Shown: positions 36,015-44,941 of the stretch, piece after piece | Numbering within the stretch: the first letter of the stretch is position 1 | Layout of the letters: every line of letters begins with the position of its first letter | Source: a virus | Strand: one strand, 5' to 3' | DNA: 64,000 nt | Virus record (IMG/VR): IMGVR_UViG_3300037467_001950 | The notes under the pieces: model-generated | Told to the model about the DNA's origin: nothing | The model's database searches: none | The model's input: the letters and a program-made list of their open reading frames with translations, nothing else | Program-made: the position numbers and the translations under genes

Positions 36015-36352
36015 CCGCCCCCACCCTGCCCAGTTACCTGGGTCCCGAGGCGACGGTGCTGCCGCTGCTGCTCTACACCGGCTGCACCTTCGCTCAAACC
36101 ATCACCCCCGGCGCGACGGGCGTATTCCCCACGGGCACAACAGCTTCGCTGCTGATCACCACCCCCGGCGGAGCGTCGATCGCGACGTGGGCGGCGACGG
36201 TGACACCGACCGCGGCTACCTGGTCGGTGTCCAACACCCTCGCCGATGTCGTGCCGGTGAATTCCCGCTACCTGATCACCGTCACCTATCCCACCACTCC
36301 GCCGGTGACCTACCCGTGGTTCACCGGGCCCGTGCTGCGGCCCAACGGCTGA
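36011..36352 (+). CDS. small Thr/Pro-rich beta protein (tail-associated?)
   Basis: ATG 36011 (ATGA overlap). Confidence 0.5.
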   Translation: MTAPTLPSYLGPEATVLPLLLYTGCTFAQTITPGATGVFPTGTTASLLITTPGGASIATWAATVTPTAATWSVSNTLADVVPVNSRYLITVTYPTTPPVTYPWFTGPVLRPNG

Positions 36353-36365
36353 AAACTGTTGCCCC

Positions 36366-36388
36366 ACAACTGAATACCAATTGAATAG
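36366..36388 (+). promoter_or_regulatory. start-associated motif, double copy (ACAACTGAATAC + CAATTGAATAG)
   Basis: Followed by GAG and ATG 36398. The arrangement matches the one upstream of the capsid gene. Confidence 0.5.
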
Positions 36389-36397
36389 GAGCCGGGT

Positions 36398-36742
36398 ATG
36401 GCTATCGCCGTCACCGCGACCAAGAACGCCTTGTGCACGACCTACAGCCAGCAGGGTTCCTGGATTTCCCTGCACACCGCCTCCCCTGGCGGCACCGGCG
36501 CCAACGAGGCCTCCGGCGGCAGCCCGGCCTACGCCCGCCAACAGACCACGTGGGGTTCGGCGTCGAACTCCCAGATCAGCGGCTCCCAGGTCACCATCAA
36601 CGTGCCGGCCGGAACCTACACCTATGCGGGGCTGTGGACCGCGCAGACCGGCGGCACGTTCGTCGACCAGGTCCAGATCAGCTCCACCACGCTCGGCGCG
36701 CAGGGCACCTTGCTGATCACGCCCACGTTCTCGATGACCTAA
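36398..36742 (+). CDS. hypothetical small beta protein
   Basis: ATG 36398, 114 aa. Confidence 0.55.
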   Translation: MAIAVTATKNALCTTYSQQGSWISLHTASPGGTGANEASGGSPAYARQQTTWGSASNSQISGSQVTINVPAGTYTYAGLWTAQTGGTFVDQVQISSTTLGAQGTLLITPTFSMT

Positions 36743-36786
36743 TCGCCCCACCACCCGACGGCGTTAACGAACTGTAGGAGGGTGTC

Positions 36787-38046
36787 GTGGCGACGTGGAC
36801 TGCACCGCTACCGGCCGCCCCGTCGATCGCCTCACCCCTGCCCGGCGTTCCGGAGCAGCTGGCGCCAGGCATGTTCGGCGCGGCGGTGATCATCCCCGCC
36901 GACACCATCCCCTACATCCAGCCCGTCGCCGCTGCCCTGTTCACCGGCGCGGGCACGTTCGCGGTGCCTTTCGCGCCGTCGGTCCCCTTCGCTGCCGCCC
37001 TGTCCTCCAGCGGGTTCCTGGCCCTGCTGTTCACCACCTGGCGTGAAGCCCAAGCCCCGAACCCCGGGTCGACCGGCACCGCCGTGGCGAAGGTGAAGAT
37101 CAACTCCGGTGGCGCGGTGGTCGGCGCCGCGTTCACCGGCGAGGGTTCGCTGCGCCGCGGGGACGCTACTCCCGCCGCCGAAGGCTCGCTCACCGTGGGT
37201 GTGGTGCTGTCGGCGGCTGTGGTGGCCGCGTTCACCGGCACCGGCACCGACGCCGGGGCCGAGAACACCACCGCCGGCTACAGCGGTGCGGGCGTGTTGT
37301 CGGCGGCCGCGCAGTCGACACCGGCGATCGGCGCCCCACCGGCGGGGGTGGGAACGCTGTCGGCGGTGGTCGTGGCCAACGGGTCGGTAGCGATGATCGC
37401 TACGTTCTCCGGCGCCGGTTCCGAATCGCAGGTGTCCAAGCCGTCGGCGATCATCGCCGCCGCGCCCACCGGCGCCGGTTCGCTGTCGGTCACCGGCGGC
37501 GGCCTGGGCGCCAGCACCGGCGTGGGCACGCTGTCCACGGTCACCGGCCTACCCGCGGCCCTGACCTCGACCGGATCCGCTACCGCCACTGTGGTGTTCG
37601 GCGCCAGCTTCGGCGGCGAGTCGAGCGCGGCGTTCCTTGTGGCCCCACAGGCCCGGTTCTTCGCCACCGGCACACTGTCGGTCGCGGTGACCGCGTCGGT
37701 GGCCGAGACGGCCGCCCAGACCGGCACCGGCACACTGTCGGTGCTCGCCTCCCCCGGCTTCACCCTGCCCCTCGGCGCGGTAGGCACCCTCTACCCCACC
37801 GAGTACATCCAGTGGACCGCCTCGGCGGCCGGCACCGGCACCGGCACGGTCGCCGTCGACTGGAGCGAGGAAGAGGCCGGGGCGTTCGACGCCACGGGCA
37901 CCCTCACCGCCACGGTGTTGGTGCAGGGGCGTGGCGCGGTGTTCGCGTGGGTCTTCGAGTCGCTGGACCCGGCGCGCATCTCCGCGCAGAACGAGGCGTA
38001 CGCCGCGTTGTTCCAGCCGATGGCGCCCAACGAAAACCAAGTGTAA
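36787..38046 (+). CDS. Ala/Gly/Thr-rich repetitive fibre-like protein
   Basis: GTG 36787. About a dozen degenerate G(T/A/V)G(T/S)LS(V/A) repeats. Confidence 0.55.
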   Translation: MATWTAPLPAAPSIASPLPGVPEQLAPGMFGAAVIIPADTIPYIQPVAAALFTGAGTFAVPFAPSVPFAAALSSSGFLALLFTTWREAQAPNPGSTGTAVAKVKINSGGAVVGAAFTGEGSLRRGDATPAAEGSLTVGVVLSAAVVAAFTGTGTDAGAENTTAGYSGAGVLSAAAQSTPAIGAPPAGVGTLSAVVVANGSVAMIATFSGAGSESQVSKPSAIIAAAPTGAGSLSVTGGGLGASTGVGTLSTVTGLPAALTSTGSATATVVFGASFGGESSAAFLVAPQARFFATGTLSVAVTASVAETAAQTGTGTLSVLASPGFTLPLGAVGTLYPTEYIQWTASAAGTGTGTVAVDWSEEEAGAFDATGTLTATVLVQGRGAVFAWVFESLDPARISAQNEAYAALFQPMAPNENQV

Positions 38047-38057
38047 TCCCTTGGTGC

Positions 38058-38069
38058 ACAACTGAATAC
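38058..38069 (+). promoter_or_regulatory. start-associated motif copy (ACAACTGAATAC)
   Basis: Followed by GAGGAG and GTG 38083. Confidence 0.5.
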
Positions 38070-38082
38070 GAGGAGACGCTGA

Positions 38083-38445
38083 GTGTCGACGAACCTGCTC
38101 ACGGCATCGAGTCTGATGCTGCAAACCCTGTCTTCGGGCTATCTGGGCACCAGCGACGCCGCGGTGTACACCGCTCCGGCCAGCTCCAGCGCCAAGATCG
38201 CCACCGGCACCCTGTGCAACACCAGCGGCTCCACGGTCACCGTCTACGTCGGGGTGATCCCCTCCGGCGGCACCGCCGGGGCCAGCCACCACGTGGTCCA
38301 CGCCTACTCGCTGGGCCCCAACGACACCCTCTCGCTGACCCCGTACCTGGGCGGAACGTCGCTGACCGCCGGTGACGCGGTCAGCGGCTACGCCTCCACC
38401 GGCAGCGCCGTGGCCATGGTGCTCACCGGCGCCGTCGCCTCGTAA
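38083..38445 (+). CDS. hypothetical small beta protein
   Basis: GTG 38083, 120 aa. Confidence 0.5.
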   Translation: MSTNLLTASSLMLQTLSSGYLGTSDAAVYTAPASSSAKIATGTLCNTSGSTVTVYVGVIPSGGTAGASHHVVHAYSLGPNDTLSLTPYLGGTSLTAGDAVSGYASTGSAVAMVLTGAVAS

Positions 38446-38457
38446 GGAGAGGACCCG

Positions 38458-39393
38458 ATGACGCTGCTGACCGGGGCCACCCTGCTCAACCCGCTGGCCG
38501 ATCTCGCCTCCCCCGCACTGACCGGAACACCGACCGCACCCACAGCCACCTCCGGCACCAACACCACCCAGTTGGCGACCACGGCGTTCGTGACCAGCAC
38601 CTACGCCCCGCTGGCCTCGCCCACCCTGACCGGCACCCCAGCCGCGCCCACGGCCGCCTCCGGGACCAACACCACCCAGATCGCGACCACGGCGTTCGTG
38701 CAGACCGCGGTGACGGTGGGCGGCGGGACGGCCGCCATGCAGGGCTCGAAAACCTCCGCCTACACCGCGGCCGCCGGGGACTTCGTGCCCGTGTCGGCAT
38801 CCGGTGGCGCGGTGACCATCACCCTGCCCACAGCACCGGCGGGTGGCACCCGCGTCACAGTGATGAAAACCGACACTTCCACCAACGCGGTCACCATCTC
38901 CCGTGGCGGCACCACCGACGTGATCAACGTCGCCGCGCAGACCAGCCTCACCCTGCCCAACTACCTGTCGGTGGCGACGCTGGAATACGCCTCAGCCGCG
39001 GGCATCTGGTACAACCAAGAGTCTTCCGCGCCAGCGCATTTCACGTGGCTGGTGCAGAGCGGGGCCCGCGCCAGCGGCTACGGCGACATGCCCGAGGGCA
39101 TTTACATTCCGCAGGCGCTCGAGCTGCTGGCCGTCCAGTTCCGCATCGGGACCGCCGACGCGTCGGGCACCAGCGCCGCCCAGATTTACACCAACACCAC
39201 CAACGCCTCCACAGGGTCGGCGTTGGCCAGCGCGAACGTGGCCTCCGCTGCCTGGAACGTCGCCAACACGAAAACGCTGGTGACGGGCCCGTGGGTCATC
39301 GCTGCGGGCACCTACCTGCAGTGCAACGTGACCGCGGTCGGCACCACGCCGGGCAAACGGCTGTCCGTCGACTTCGTGGGGGTGTGGCTGTAG
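38458..39393 (+). CDS. tail fibre protein
   Basis: Tandem SP(A/T)LTGTP(T/A)APTA.SGTNTTQ(L/I)ATTAFV repeats, as seen in many tail fibre N-termini. Confidence 0.7.
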   Translation: MTLLTGATLLNPLADLASPALTGTPTAPTATSGTNTTQLATTAFVTSTYAPLASPTLTGTPAAPTAASGTNTTQIATTAFVQTAVTVGGGTAAMQGSKTSAYTAAAGDFVPVSASGGAVTITLPTAPAGGTRVTVMKTDTSTNAVTISRGGTTDVINVAAQTSLTLPNYLSVATLEYASAAGIWYNQESSAPAHFTWLVQSGARASGYGDMPEGIYIPQALELLAVQFRIGTADASGTSAAQIYTNTTNASTGSALASANVASAAWNVANTKTLVTGPWVIAAGTYLQCNVTAVGTTPGKRLSVDFVGVWL

Positions 39394-39819
39394 ATGTTCG
39401 TCGCCCGCGTGGCCGCTGTCGCCTTTGTGCCTTCGGGGATGAATCTCAACTCCAACTTCACCATCCCCAGCTCTTACACCACGATGACCGGGTTCGTCGC
39501 CGACACCACCAACTACCCCGGCTCGTCGGTCGTCTCCAATGGCTTGATCGTGCAAACCACCTACGCCACCGCGACTGTGACCGCGAATATCCCGTGGACG
39601 TCGAGTTTTTCGGAGACGGTGACGGTGCGGCTGCTACAGAACGGCACGGTGATCGCCACCGGCACCGGTGTCGCCGGCACCTCGGGCACATCCACCTGCA
39701 CGGTGACGGGAGTGTCGGTGACCGCAAGCGACTCGATCACCGCGCAGATCGTGGGCACGCAGAACAACTTCGGCACCGCCACGGCCGGGACGAACTGCTA
39801 TGTCCGCGTGACCACGTAG
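39394..39819 (+). CDS. hypothetical Thr-rich protein (fibre-associated?)
   Basis: ATG 39394 abuts the previous TAG. Confidence 0.5.
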   Translation: MFVARVAAVAFVPSGMNLNSNFTIPSSYTTMTGFVADTTNYPGSSVVSNGLIVQTTYATATVTANIPWTSSFSETVTVRLLQNGTVIATGTGVAGTSGTSTCTVTGVSVTASDSITAQIVGTQNNFGTATAGTNCYVRVTT

Positions 39820-39822
39820 CGC

Positions 39823-40149
39823 TCAGGCGGCCGCGCGCAGGCTGGCCAGCACTCGAATCGCGTCCGACAGCGGGATCATCCGGCCGGGCTGCTCGGCAGC
39901 CAAGCCCAGTTCGATGAACTGACGGATCAGCATCGACACGGTGATGGCGCGCTCCCCCGACAGCTCGCGCAACCGGTCCCGCATCTCCGGGGGGAGTTTC
40001 AGCGACGTGGTGATCATGTTCTTTTCGATCTCGTCGCTGGTCGGCAGGTTGGGGCCCGGCTTGGAGTCGTCGAACTGGAGCGAGGACAACCATTCGGCGG
40101 GGTCCTGGTCGATTCCCAGAATTTCCTTGAGCTTGTCGTCGTGGCTCAT
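39823..40149 (-). CDS. ribbon-helix-helix antitoxin (BrnA-like)
   Basis: Reverse ATG 40149. The C-terminal ITTSLKLPPEMRDRLRELSGERAITVSMLIRQFIELGL is CopG/RHH-like. 4-nt overlap with the upstream toxin-like gene. Confidence 0.6.
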   Translation of the reverse strand: MSHDDKLKEILGIDQDPAEWLSSLQFDDSKPGPNLPTSDEIEKNMITTSLKLPPEMRDRLRELSGERAITVSMLIRQFIELGLAAEQPGRMIPLSDAIRVLASLRAAA

Positions 40150-40463
40150 CGCTGTCGTTCCTCCCACTGGGTGAATATCGCGAGGCTACGGGGGCTCATC
40201 GGGACAGCCCTGATGATTTCCCACTGGTCGCAGCCGGGTTCTTTCTCGTGTAGCACCACCACCAGCGGCCGTCCTTCGTTCGTGCGGCCCCAGACGGTGA
40301 GGACTTCGGGTCCGTGTGGAGTGCGTGCGTATCGCTCCCAGTGTGCGGCGTACAGCACTTCCACTACTTCACTTCGTGTGACGTTGGCGCGGACGAGAAG
40401 CGATTCTGCGCCGATCCACCATTCGTATTCCACCGGAGCGAAGGTACTACACCGGTATTTCAT
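40146..40463 (-). CDS. BrnT/DUF497-like toxin candidate
   Basis: 105 aa. YEWW...VTRSEVVEVL...ER...VWGRTNEGRPLVVVL...WEIIRAVPMSP follows the BrnT order of conserved blocks. The toxin-first gene order is as in brnTA. Confidence 0.5.
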   Translation of the reverse strand: MKYRCSTFAPVEYEWWIGAESLLVRANVTRSEVVEVLYAAHWERYARTPHGPEVLTVWGRTNEGRPLVVVLHEKEPGCDQWEIIRAVPMSPRSLAIFTQWEERQR

Positions 40464-40505
40464 TGTCTCTTTTGGATGCTACACCAATCTGTGGGGGGAA
40501 GACGC

Positions 40506-41282
40506 ATGATCACCGTTCTCACAGTGCGCGGCACCGGTGAAATTCAGGGGTCCACGGGCAATATGCTCACCGCGGTCACCGCCGCCCTCGACCCGGCCTG
40601 CTACACCACCGGCCCCCAGTACGACATCTCCTATCCGGCCAGCGTCGGCCCCGCCAACCCCAACCACAGTCTCGGCGGCCCCAGTGAGCTGACCTCCGTC
40701 GGTGAGGGGCTGGCCAACCTCGTGGCCACGATGCGCGCCCTGCGCGGGCCGATCGCGATACTGGGCTACAGCCTCGGCGCGCTCGTGGTGACCGCCTTCC
40801 GGGAGTCGCAGGCCCAAGGCCAGTACTCCGACTGCCCGATCGCGTGGTCGGCGTGCGTGGCCAACCCGCGCCGGCGGGCCGGGGACTCCATCGACCCCAA
40901 CCCGTATGGGTACGGGATCACCGGGCAGGCCGGACCGTTCACCGACGTCCCGCATCTGGAGGCCGCCAACCCCGCCGACGCCATCACCTCCTGCAACCCG
41001 GACTCCCCGCTGCGCGGGCTGGCCGACGGGATGGCCGCGTTCTCCTTCGCCTGCCTGGGCGGGTGGAGCGAAACGCTGGTGGCCGACCTGCTGGCCAAGC
41101 GGGTGCAGCCGTTCTCTCTCGGCTATTGGCGCAACCCGGTGCGCACGTGGCAGCTCTACGACGAAGCCGCCCGAAACGTCATCGGGTACGTGTCGAACAC
41201 AACCCATGTGGCGCAATACGTTTCGGGCGGCTTCTGTCAGCGGTTGGCGGAGCGGATCAACTCTTCGTCCGTTCAGGCTTGA
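40506..41282 (+). CDS. lysB: lysin B (cutinase-like mycolylarabinogalactan esterase)
   Basis: ATG 40506. LTVRGTGE at the N-terminus and the serine-esterase motif GYSLGA. Confidence 0.8.
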   Translation: MITVLTVRGTGEIQGSTGNMLTAVTAALDPACYTTGPQYDISYPASVGPANPNHSLGGPSELTSVGEGLANLVATMRALRGPIAILGYSLGALVVTAFRESQAQGQYSDCPIAWSACVANPRRRAGDSIDPNPYGYGITGQAGPFTDVPHLEAANPADAITSCNPDSPLRGLADGMAAFSFACLGGWSETLVADLLAKRVQPFSLGYWRNPVRTWQLYDEAARNVIGYVSNTTHVAQYVSGGFCQRLAERINSSSVQA

Positions 41283-41571
41283 CGCCGCGCGAACGGTCGG
41301 TGGTGAGGTGATAGTGCGACGAGCGCGAGCGGTCGCAGATGTAGGCCGTTTGCCGCTGGGATCCGAGCTGTTCCCGCAGTTCCTTCGCGCAGGCGAGGGC
41401 CTGTTCGCGGGTGTCGTAGATGACCTTGCCGTCGTTTCCCGGCGGCATCCGCCGGAGTACGGTTCCGTTCAGCTCCCGCCGACTCGGCGTGCACCTCATC
41501 GGGGTGCCGTTGCGTGTCAGTCGCGCATACTTCACGATCACGGCGCGGGTGCGTGGGTCCGAGCGGGTCAC
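41257..41571 (-). CDS. hypothetical protein
   Basis: 104-aa reverse ORF with an uncertain start. The C-terminal part reads AYICDRSRSSHYHLT. Confidence 0.4.
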   Translation of the reverse strand: MTRSDPRTRAVIVKYARLTRNGTPMRCTPSRRELNGTVLRRMPPGNDGKVIYDTREQALACAKELREQLGSQRQTAYICDRSRSSHYHLTTDRSRGVKPERTKS

Positions 41572-41614
41572 CGGCGAGATATTACGTCGGGATTGTGCAG
41601 CACGACAACGAACC

Positions 41615-41914
41615 TCACGGCTGTGGCCCGTCGTCGTCGGCGGTGACTACCGGCATGAACCGGGTCTCCTGCACGGCCGCAACTTCGGCTTCGTGGCGGG
41701 CGCGGGCGTTGACGTGGTTGCGCCACATCTCACGGACCAGCCACACCGCCCAGAACACCTCGACGACCGCGGCGATGATGTAGCAGCCGACCGGCGGGGT
41801 GTTCACCGACCGGAACATGAACAGCACCCCGAAGAACGGGAACACCAAGAGCACCACCGTGATCACGACCAGTGCGATGAGCGCGGAGATTCTGCGAACG
41901 GTTTTCAACAACAC
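41615..41914 (-). CDS. membrane protein
   Basis: The start was moved to GTG/TTG at 41914-41908, after a GGAAGGAAG RBS and downstream of the hairpin at 41927-41959. Two hydrophobic spans. Confidence 0.45.
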   Translation of the reverse strand: MLLKTVRRISALIALVVITVVLLVFPFFGVLFMFRSVNTPPVGCYIIAAVVEVFWAVWLVREMWRNHVNARARHEAEVAAVQETRFMPVVTADDDGPQP

Positions 41915-41926
41915 TTCCTTCCCGGG

Positions 41927-41963
41927 CAGCCCCCGGCCACATGCTGTGGCCGGGGGCTGTTTT
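41927..41963. terminator. perfect 15-bp stem-loop
   Basis: CAGCCCCCGGCCACA-TGC-TGTGGCCGGGGGCTG followed by TTTT. It lies just downstream of the DUF732 gene stop on the reverse strand. Confidence 0.6.
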
Positions 41964-41977
41964 CGCATGTCAGGGGG

Positions 41978-42310
41978 TTAGTCGGCGTACTCGGGGCACA
42001 GCTCGTGAGTGGCGACCACGACGTAGTCGGCCGACTCCTGGCTGGTCCAGGTCGGGTCCTTCTCCAGCAGCATCACCGCGTCGAGGGTGCTGTGGCCGTC
42101 GCCGAGGTAGTCGCACAGGCTGTGTCCGAGCTTGATGTCGGCGTCACGTTCGGCCTGCGACCGGGCCGGGTGCCCCATCAGCGCGAGGCTGTGGATGTAG
42201 CTGTCGTCGTCGGCGGCCGCCGGCCCGGCGCCGAACGCGGCCACCGCGGCCGCGGCGGCCGCTCCGACGGCCAGCATGAGGGCGGGACGGATGATCAGAT
42301 GTCGTTTCAA
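41978..42310 (-). CDS. DUF732 secreted protein
   Basis: TTG 42310 follows GAGAAGGAAAG. Signal peptide LMLAVGAAAAAAVAAFGAGPAAA. The mature part DDDSYIHSL...GHSLCDYL...ATHELCPEY matches the DUF732 pattern, including the conserved Cys pair. Confidence 0.7.
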   Translation of the reverse strand: MKRHLIIRPALMLAVGAAAAAAVAAFGAGPAAADDDSYIHSLALMGHPARSQAERDADIKLGHSLCDYLGDGHSTLDAVMLLEKDPTWTSQESADYVVVATHELCPEYAD

Positions 42311-42471
42311 TGGCTTTCCTTCTCGTGGGTTGTGCGTGGTGCGAGCAGGGTGGAACACCCCGGGCCGGTCGCTCGCGGACCGGCCGGGACATCTGGCGCA
42401 GGTTTGCCCCCCTGCAAATGTGGGCACCGTGTAATCCGAGGCGGTCTGGCAGTCGTTTCACCGCCCGGCGT

Positions 42472-42501
42472 GTTCCCGGCTGTGTCGCGCGTGCCGGGAA
42501 C
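42472..42501 (-). terminator. stem-loop after the 42506 gene
   Basis: GTTCCCGGC - 12-nt loop - GCCGGGAAC, 5 nt downstream of the reverse-strand stop. Confidence 0.5.
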
Positions 42502-42505
42502 GTGT

Positions 42506-42919
42506 TCAGCTGGCCGCCTTGGCATTTCGGGCGGAGACGAACACTGAGACGGGATACTCACACACCGCACCGACATATCCCTCCCCGCCCAGGGCGGGCC
42601 GCCGGTCGAGCGAGAGCCCCAGGGCCGCGATGACGGCCTCGGGGTCCTCGCCGCGATAGGTGCCATGGAAGCCGCCGCCGCGGATTTCCCACTCCACGCC
42701 GGGGGCCTGCTCGCGCAGTCGCGCGAGCGCGGCATCCCCGGCGTTGGTGTAGGGCGCTATCTCGGTGATCAGCTCGTTGAGCCGGCGGCGCAGGATCTCG
42801 TTCTCCACGATCGCCCGGTTGGACGGGTCGTCGGGGTAGCGGTAGGAGGCGTCGGCGGCCGAACGGTTGAGCATCGCCGCGAGCCGCTGGTGCAGCCGGT
42901 TGGCGTCGAAATCGCTCAT
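42506..42919 (-). CDS. hypothetical protein
   Basis: Reverse ATG 42919, 2 nt after the ssb stop. 137 aa. Confidence 0.55.
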   Translation of the reverse strand: MSDFDANRLHQRLAAMLNRSAADASYRYPDDPSNRAIVENEILRRRLNELITEIAPYTNAGDAALARLREQAPGVEWEIRGGGFHGTYRGEDPEAVIAALGLSLDRRPALGGEGYVGAVCEYPVSVFVSARNAKAAS

Positions 42920-42921
42920 GG

Positions 42922-43461
42922 CTAGAACGGCGGTTCGTCGCCGGGGCCCGCGCCGAAGTTGCCGGGCCCGGACGGGCCCGACCCCCACGGATCGTCGCTG
43001 GCGCTGTAGCCGCCTCCGCCTCCGCCATAGCCGCCGCGCTGGCCGCCGCTGCTACGCTGCTCCTGGCCGCCACCGCGGCCACCACCGCCGCCCTCGCGGG
43101 CGACCTTGTTCAGCTTGGCCGTGGCATACCGCAAGGAAGGCCCGATCTCATCGACTTCCAGCTCCACGACAGTGCGCTTCTCGCCTTCCTTGGTTTCGTA
43201 GGAGCGCTGCTTCAAACGGCCGGACACGATGACTCGCGACCCGCGGACCAGCGATTCGGCGACGTTCTCGGCCGCCTCACGCCAAATGTTGCAGCGCAGG
43301 AACAGCGCCTCCCCGTCCTTCCACTCGTTGCTGGTACGGTCGAACACGCGCGGGGTGGAGGCGACGGTGAAGTTCGCCACCGCCGCCCCGGTCGGGGTGA
43401 AACGCAGCTCAGGATCGGCCGTCAGGTTGCCGATGACCGTGATTACGGTGTCGCCTGCCAT
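42922..43461 (-). CDS. ssb: single-stranded DNA-binding protein
   Basis: [35 protein letters not shown]... OB fold, a Gly-rich tail and the acidic tip DEPPF. Confidence 0.92.
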   Translation of the reverse strand: MAGDTVITVIGNLTADPELRFTPTGAAVANFTVASTPRVFDRTSNEWKDGEALFLRCNIWREAAENVAESLVRGSRVIVSGRLKQRSYETKEGEKRTVVELEVDEIGPSLRYATAKLNKVAREGGGGGRGGGQEQRSSGGQRGGYGGGGGGYSASDDPWGSGPSGPGNFGAGPGDEPPF

Positions 43462-43490
43462 GATGGTTGTCAGTCTTCTTTCTGCCCAAG

Positions 43491-44369
43491 TCAGGGCGCG
43501 ATTTCGAAGTGGCGTTGTGTCCATTCCTCTTTCGGGCGCTGGATGCGGTGCAACCGGCCGCCGCGACGCCATGCGTTCCAGGCCTGGATGTAGAAGCCCA
43601 TCGTGTCGCGGTCCGAGAGCCGTTCGCGGGTGCGCTGCGACTTGGCGAAGCGCTCACGCAGCGCCAGGATCGGCGACCCCGGTTCCAGGTTGGCGCCGGT
43701 GCACATGAAGTCGAAGAACTCCTCGGCCGCGCGCTGATCTTTGCGGGCGAACTGGATCAGCATCGCGCCGCTGATCTTGGGTTGGGCGCCGATCTTGCGG
43801 ATGCCGGAGTGATAGTTGTTGGCCAAGTCCATCTCCGCGCGATGCTCAGCCACCCACTGCTCGACAGCGGTGTTCGACATCTGGGAGTTGCGGATCGCTT
43901 TCCAGATGTGGCCTTCGTCGATGGCGTGGCAGGTGCGCGCGACCGAGGCGAGGTACATGCCGTTCTTGTAGCCCTGCATGTCGAGCTGCTGCCCGGCCTG
44001 ACGGCGGCGGCCCTGGTCCATCGCGGCCTGGGAGGCGGGGTCCATGCCACGGATCACCAGTACCTCGATGATCACTTCTTCTTTGTCGCCGAGCGTGCCG
44101 GCCAGTGCCTCGAGCCGGTGCTGTCCGTCGATGAGGTGGCCGTACCAGTCGAACTTGATCGCCTCGGCGGTGAACGTCCAGCGGCCGCCGCGCATGTCGG
44201 CGCGGTAGGTGTTGACCGTGGTTTCCGTCGTGGACCGGTTGCGGACCTGCGTGGACAGCCATTCGATCGCGATTTCGGCGTTGATGACCGTGCGCTCTTG
44301 GGAGTAGGGGATCTTCTCGGCGTCGGCGACGTCGTCGGGGATCTCCACGATCTGGGTGCGGATTGCCAT
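43491..44369 (-). CDS. ParB/Srx-like nuclease-domain protein
   Basis: 292 aa. [14 protein letters not shown] is the ParB N-terminal-domain-like catalytic box. Confidence 0.75.
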   Translation of the reverse strand: MAIRTQIVEIPDDVADAEKIPYSQERTVINAEIAIEWLSTQVRNRSTTETTVNTYRADMRGGRWTFTAEAIKFDWYGHLIDGQHRLEALAGTLGDKEEVIIEVLVIRGMDPASQAAMDQGRRRQAGQQLDMQGYKNGMYLASVARTCHAIDEGHIWKAIRNSQMSNTAVEQWVAEHRAEMDLANNYHSGIRKIGAQPKISGAMLIQFARKDQRAAEEFFDFMCTGANLEPGSPILALRERFAKSQRTRERLSDRDTMGFYIQAWNAWRRGGRLHRIQRPKEEWTQRHFEIAP

Positions 44370-44386
44370 TGTGGGTGTCTCCTTCT

Positions 44387-44824
44387 CTAGTGGCGGGGGT
44401 CGGTGCGCAGGCAGTCGGGCGCAGGATCGAGGATCGGCAGCTGGAAGTGCAGCGCCCACTCGTTGACCTTGCAGTCCACCGCGGACCCGGGCACCCGGCG
44501 CGGGTGGTCGATGATGGCGGCCAGCCGGGGACGCATGTCGTAGAAGGTGCCGCACTCGTGGACCTCGGTTTCGGCGTAGTCCGGCGACTCCATGTCGTCG
44601 CTGGCGCCGGTAAGCTTGAGCCACAGCACATCCCAGACAGCCGGGTACCCGTCGGGGGTGACCAGGTGGAACCAGTGGGAGTCGGTGGACAGGTCCAAGC
44701 CCAGGTCTTCGTGGCTGTCCACGATCAGATGGGTGTAAATCTTCCAGGCGTCGCGCCCGCGCGAAGCGATCGACAGTTCGCGGGCGGCCTCCCTGCGCGC
44801 GGGAGGTACTTCGATGGTGGTCAT
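44387..44824 (-). CDS. hypothetical protein
   Basis: Reverse ATG 44824 follows GAGAAGGAAAC. Confidence 0.55.
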   Translation of the reverse strand: MTTIEVPPARREAARELSIASRGRDAWKIYTHLIVDSHEDLGLDLSTDSHWFHLVTPDGYPAVWDVLWLKLTGASDDMESPDYAETEVHECGTFYDMRPRLAAIIDHPRRVPGSAVDCKVNEWALHFQLPILDPAPDCLRTDPRH

Positions 44825-44830
44825 CGTATG

Positions 44831-44870
44831 TTTCCTTCTCGGTATCGCGGGCCAGCGGTGTTGGCGCACC
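44831..44870 (-). promoter_or_regulatory. conserved early 5'-UTR box, copy E
   Basis: The reverse strand reads GGTGCGCCAACACCGCTGGCCCGCGATACCGAGAAGGAAA, then ATG 44824. Confidence 0.5.
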
Positions 44871-44905
44871 GTGGTCGCGGGTGTAGGCCGGTCGGCCCAC
44901 TAGCT

Positions 44906-44934
44906 ATATTACATAACCCGTACAGATTATACAA
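44906..44934 (-). promoter_or_regulatory. SigA-like promoter (TTGTAT-17-TAATAT)
   Basis: The reverse strand reads TTGTATAATCTGTACGGGTTATGTAATAT. The spacer is shared with the promoter at 54438. Confidence 0.5.
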
Positions 44935-44941
44935 GCACAAC

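Noticed and set aside
36787-38046. Possible non-coding or repeat DNA, because of an extreme Ala/Gly/Thr bias and a G(T/A)G(T/S)LS periodicity.
   Set aside because: The frame stays open for 419 codons with strong GC3, and it sits among fibre genes. It is best explained as a repetitive fibre-like structural protein.
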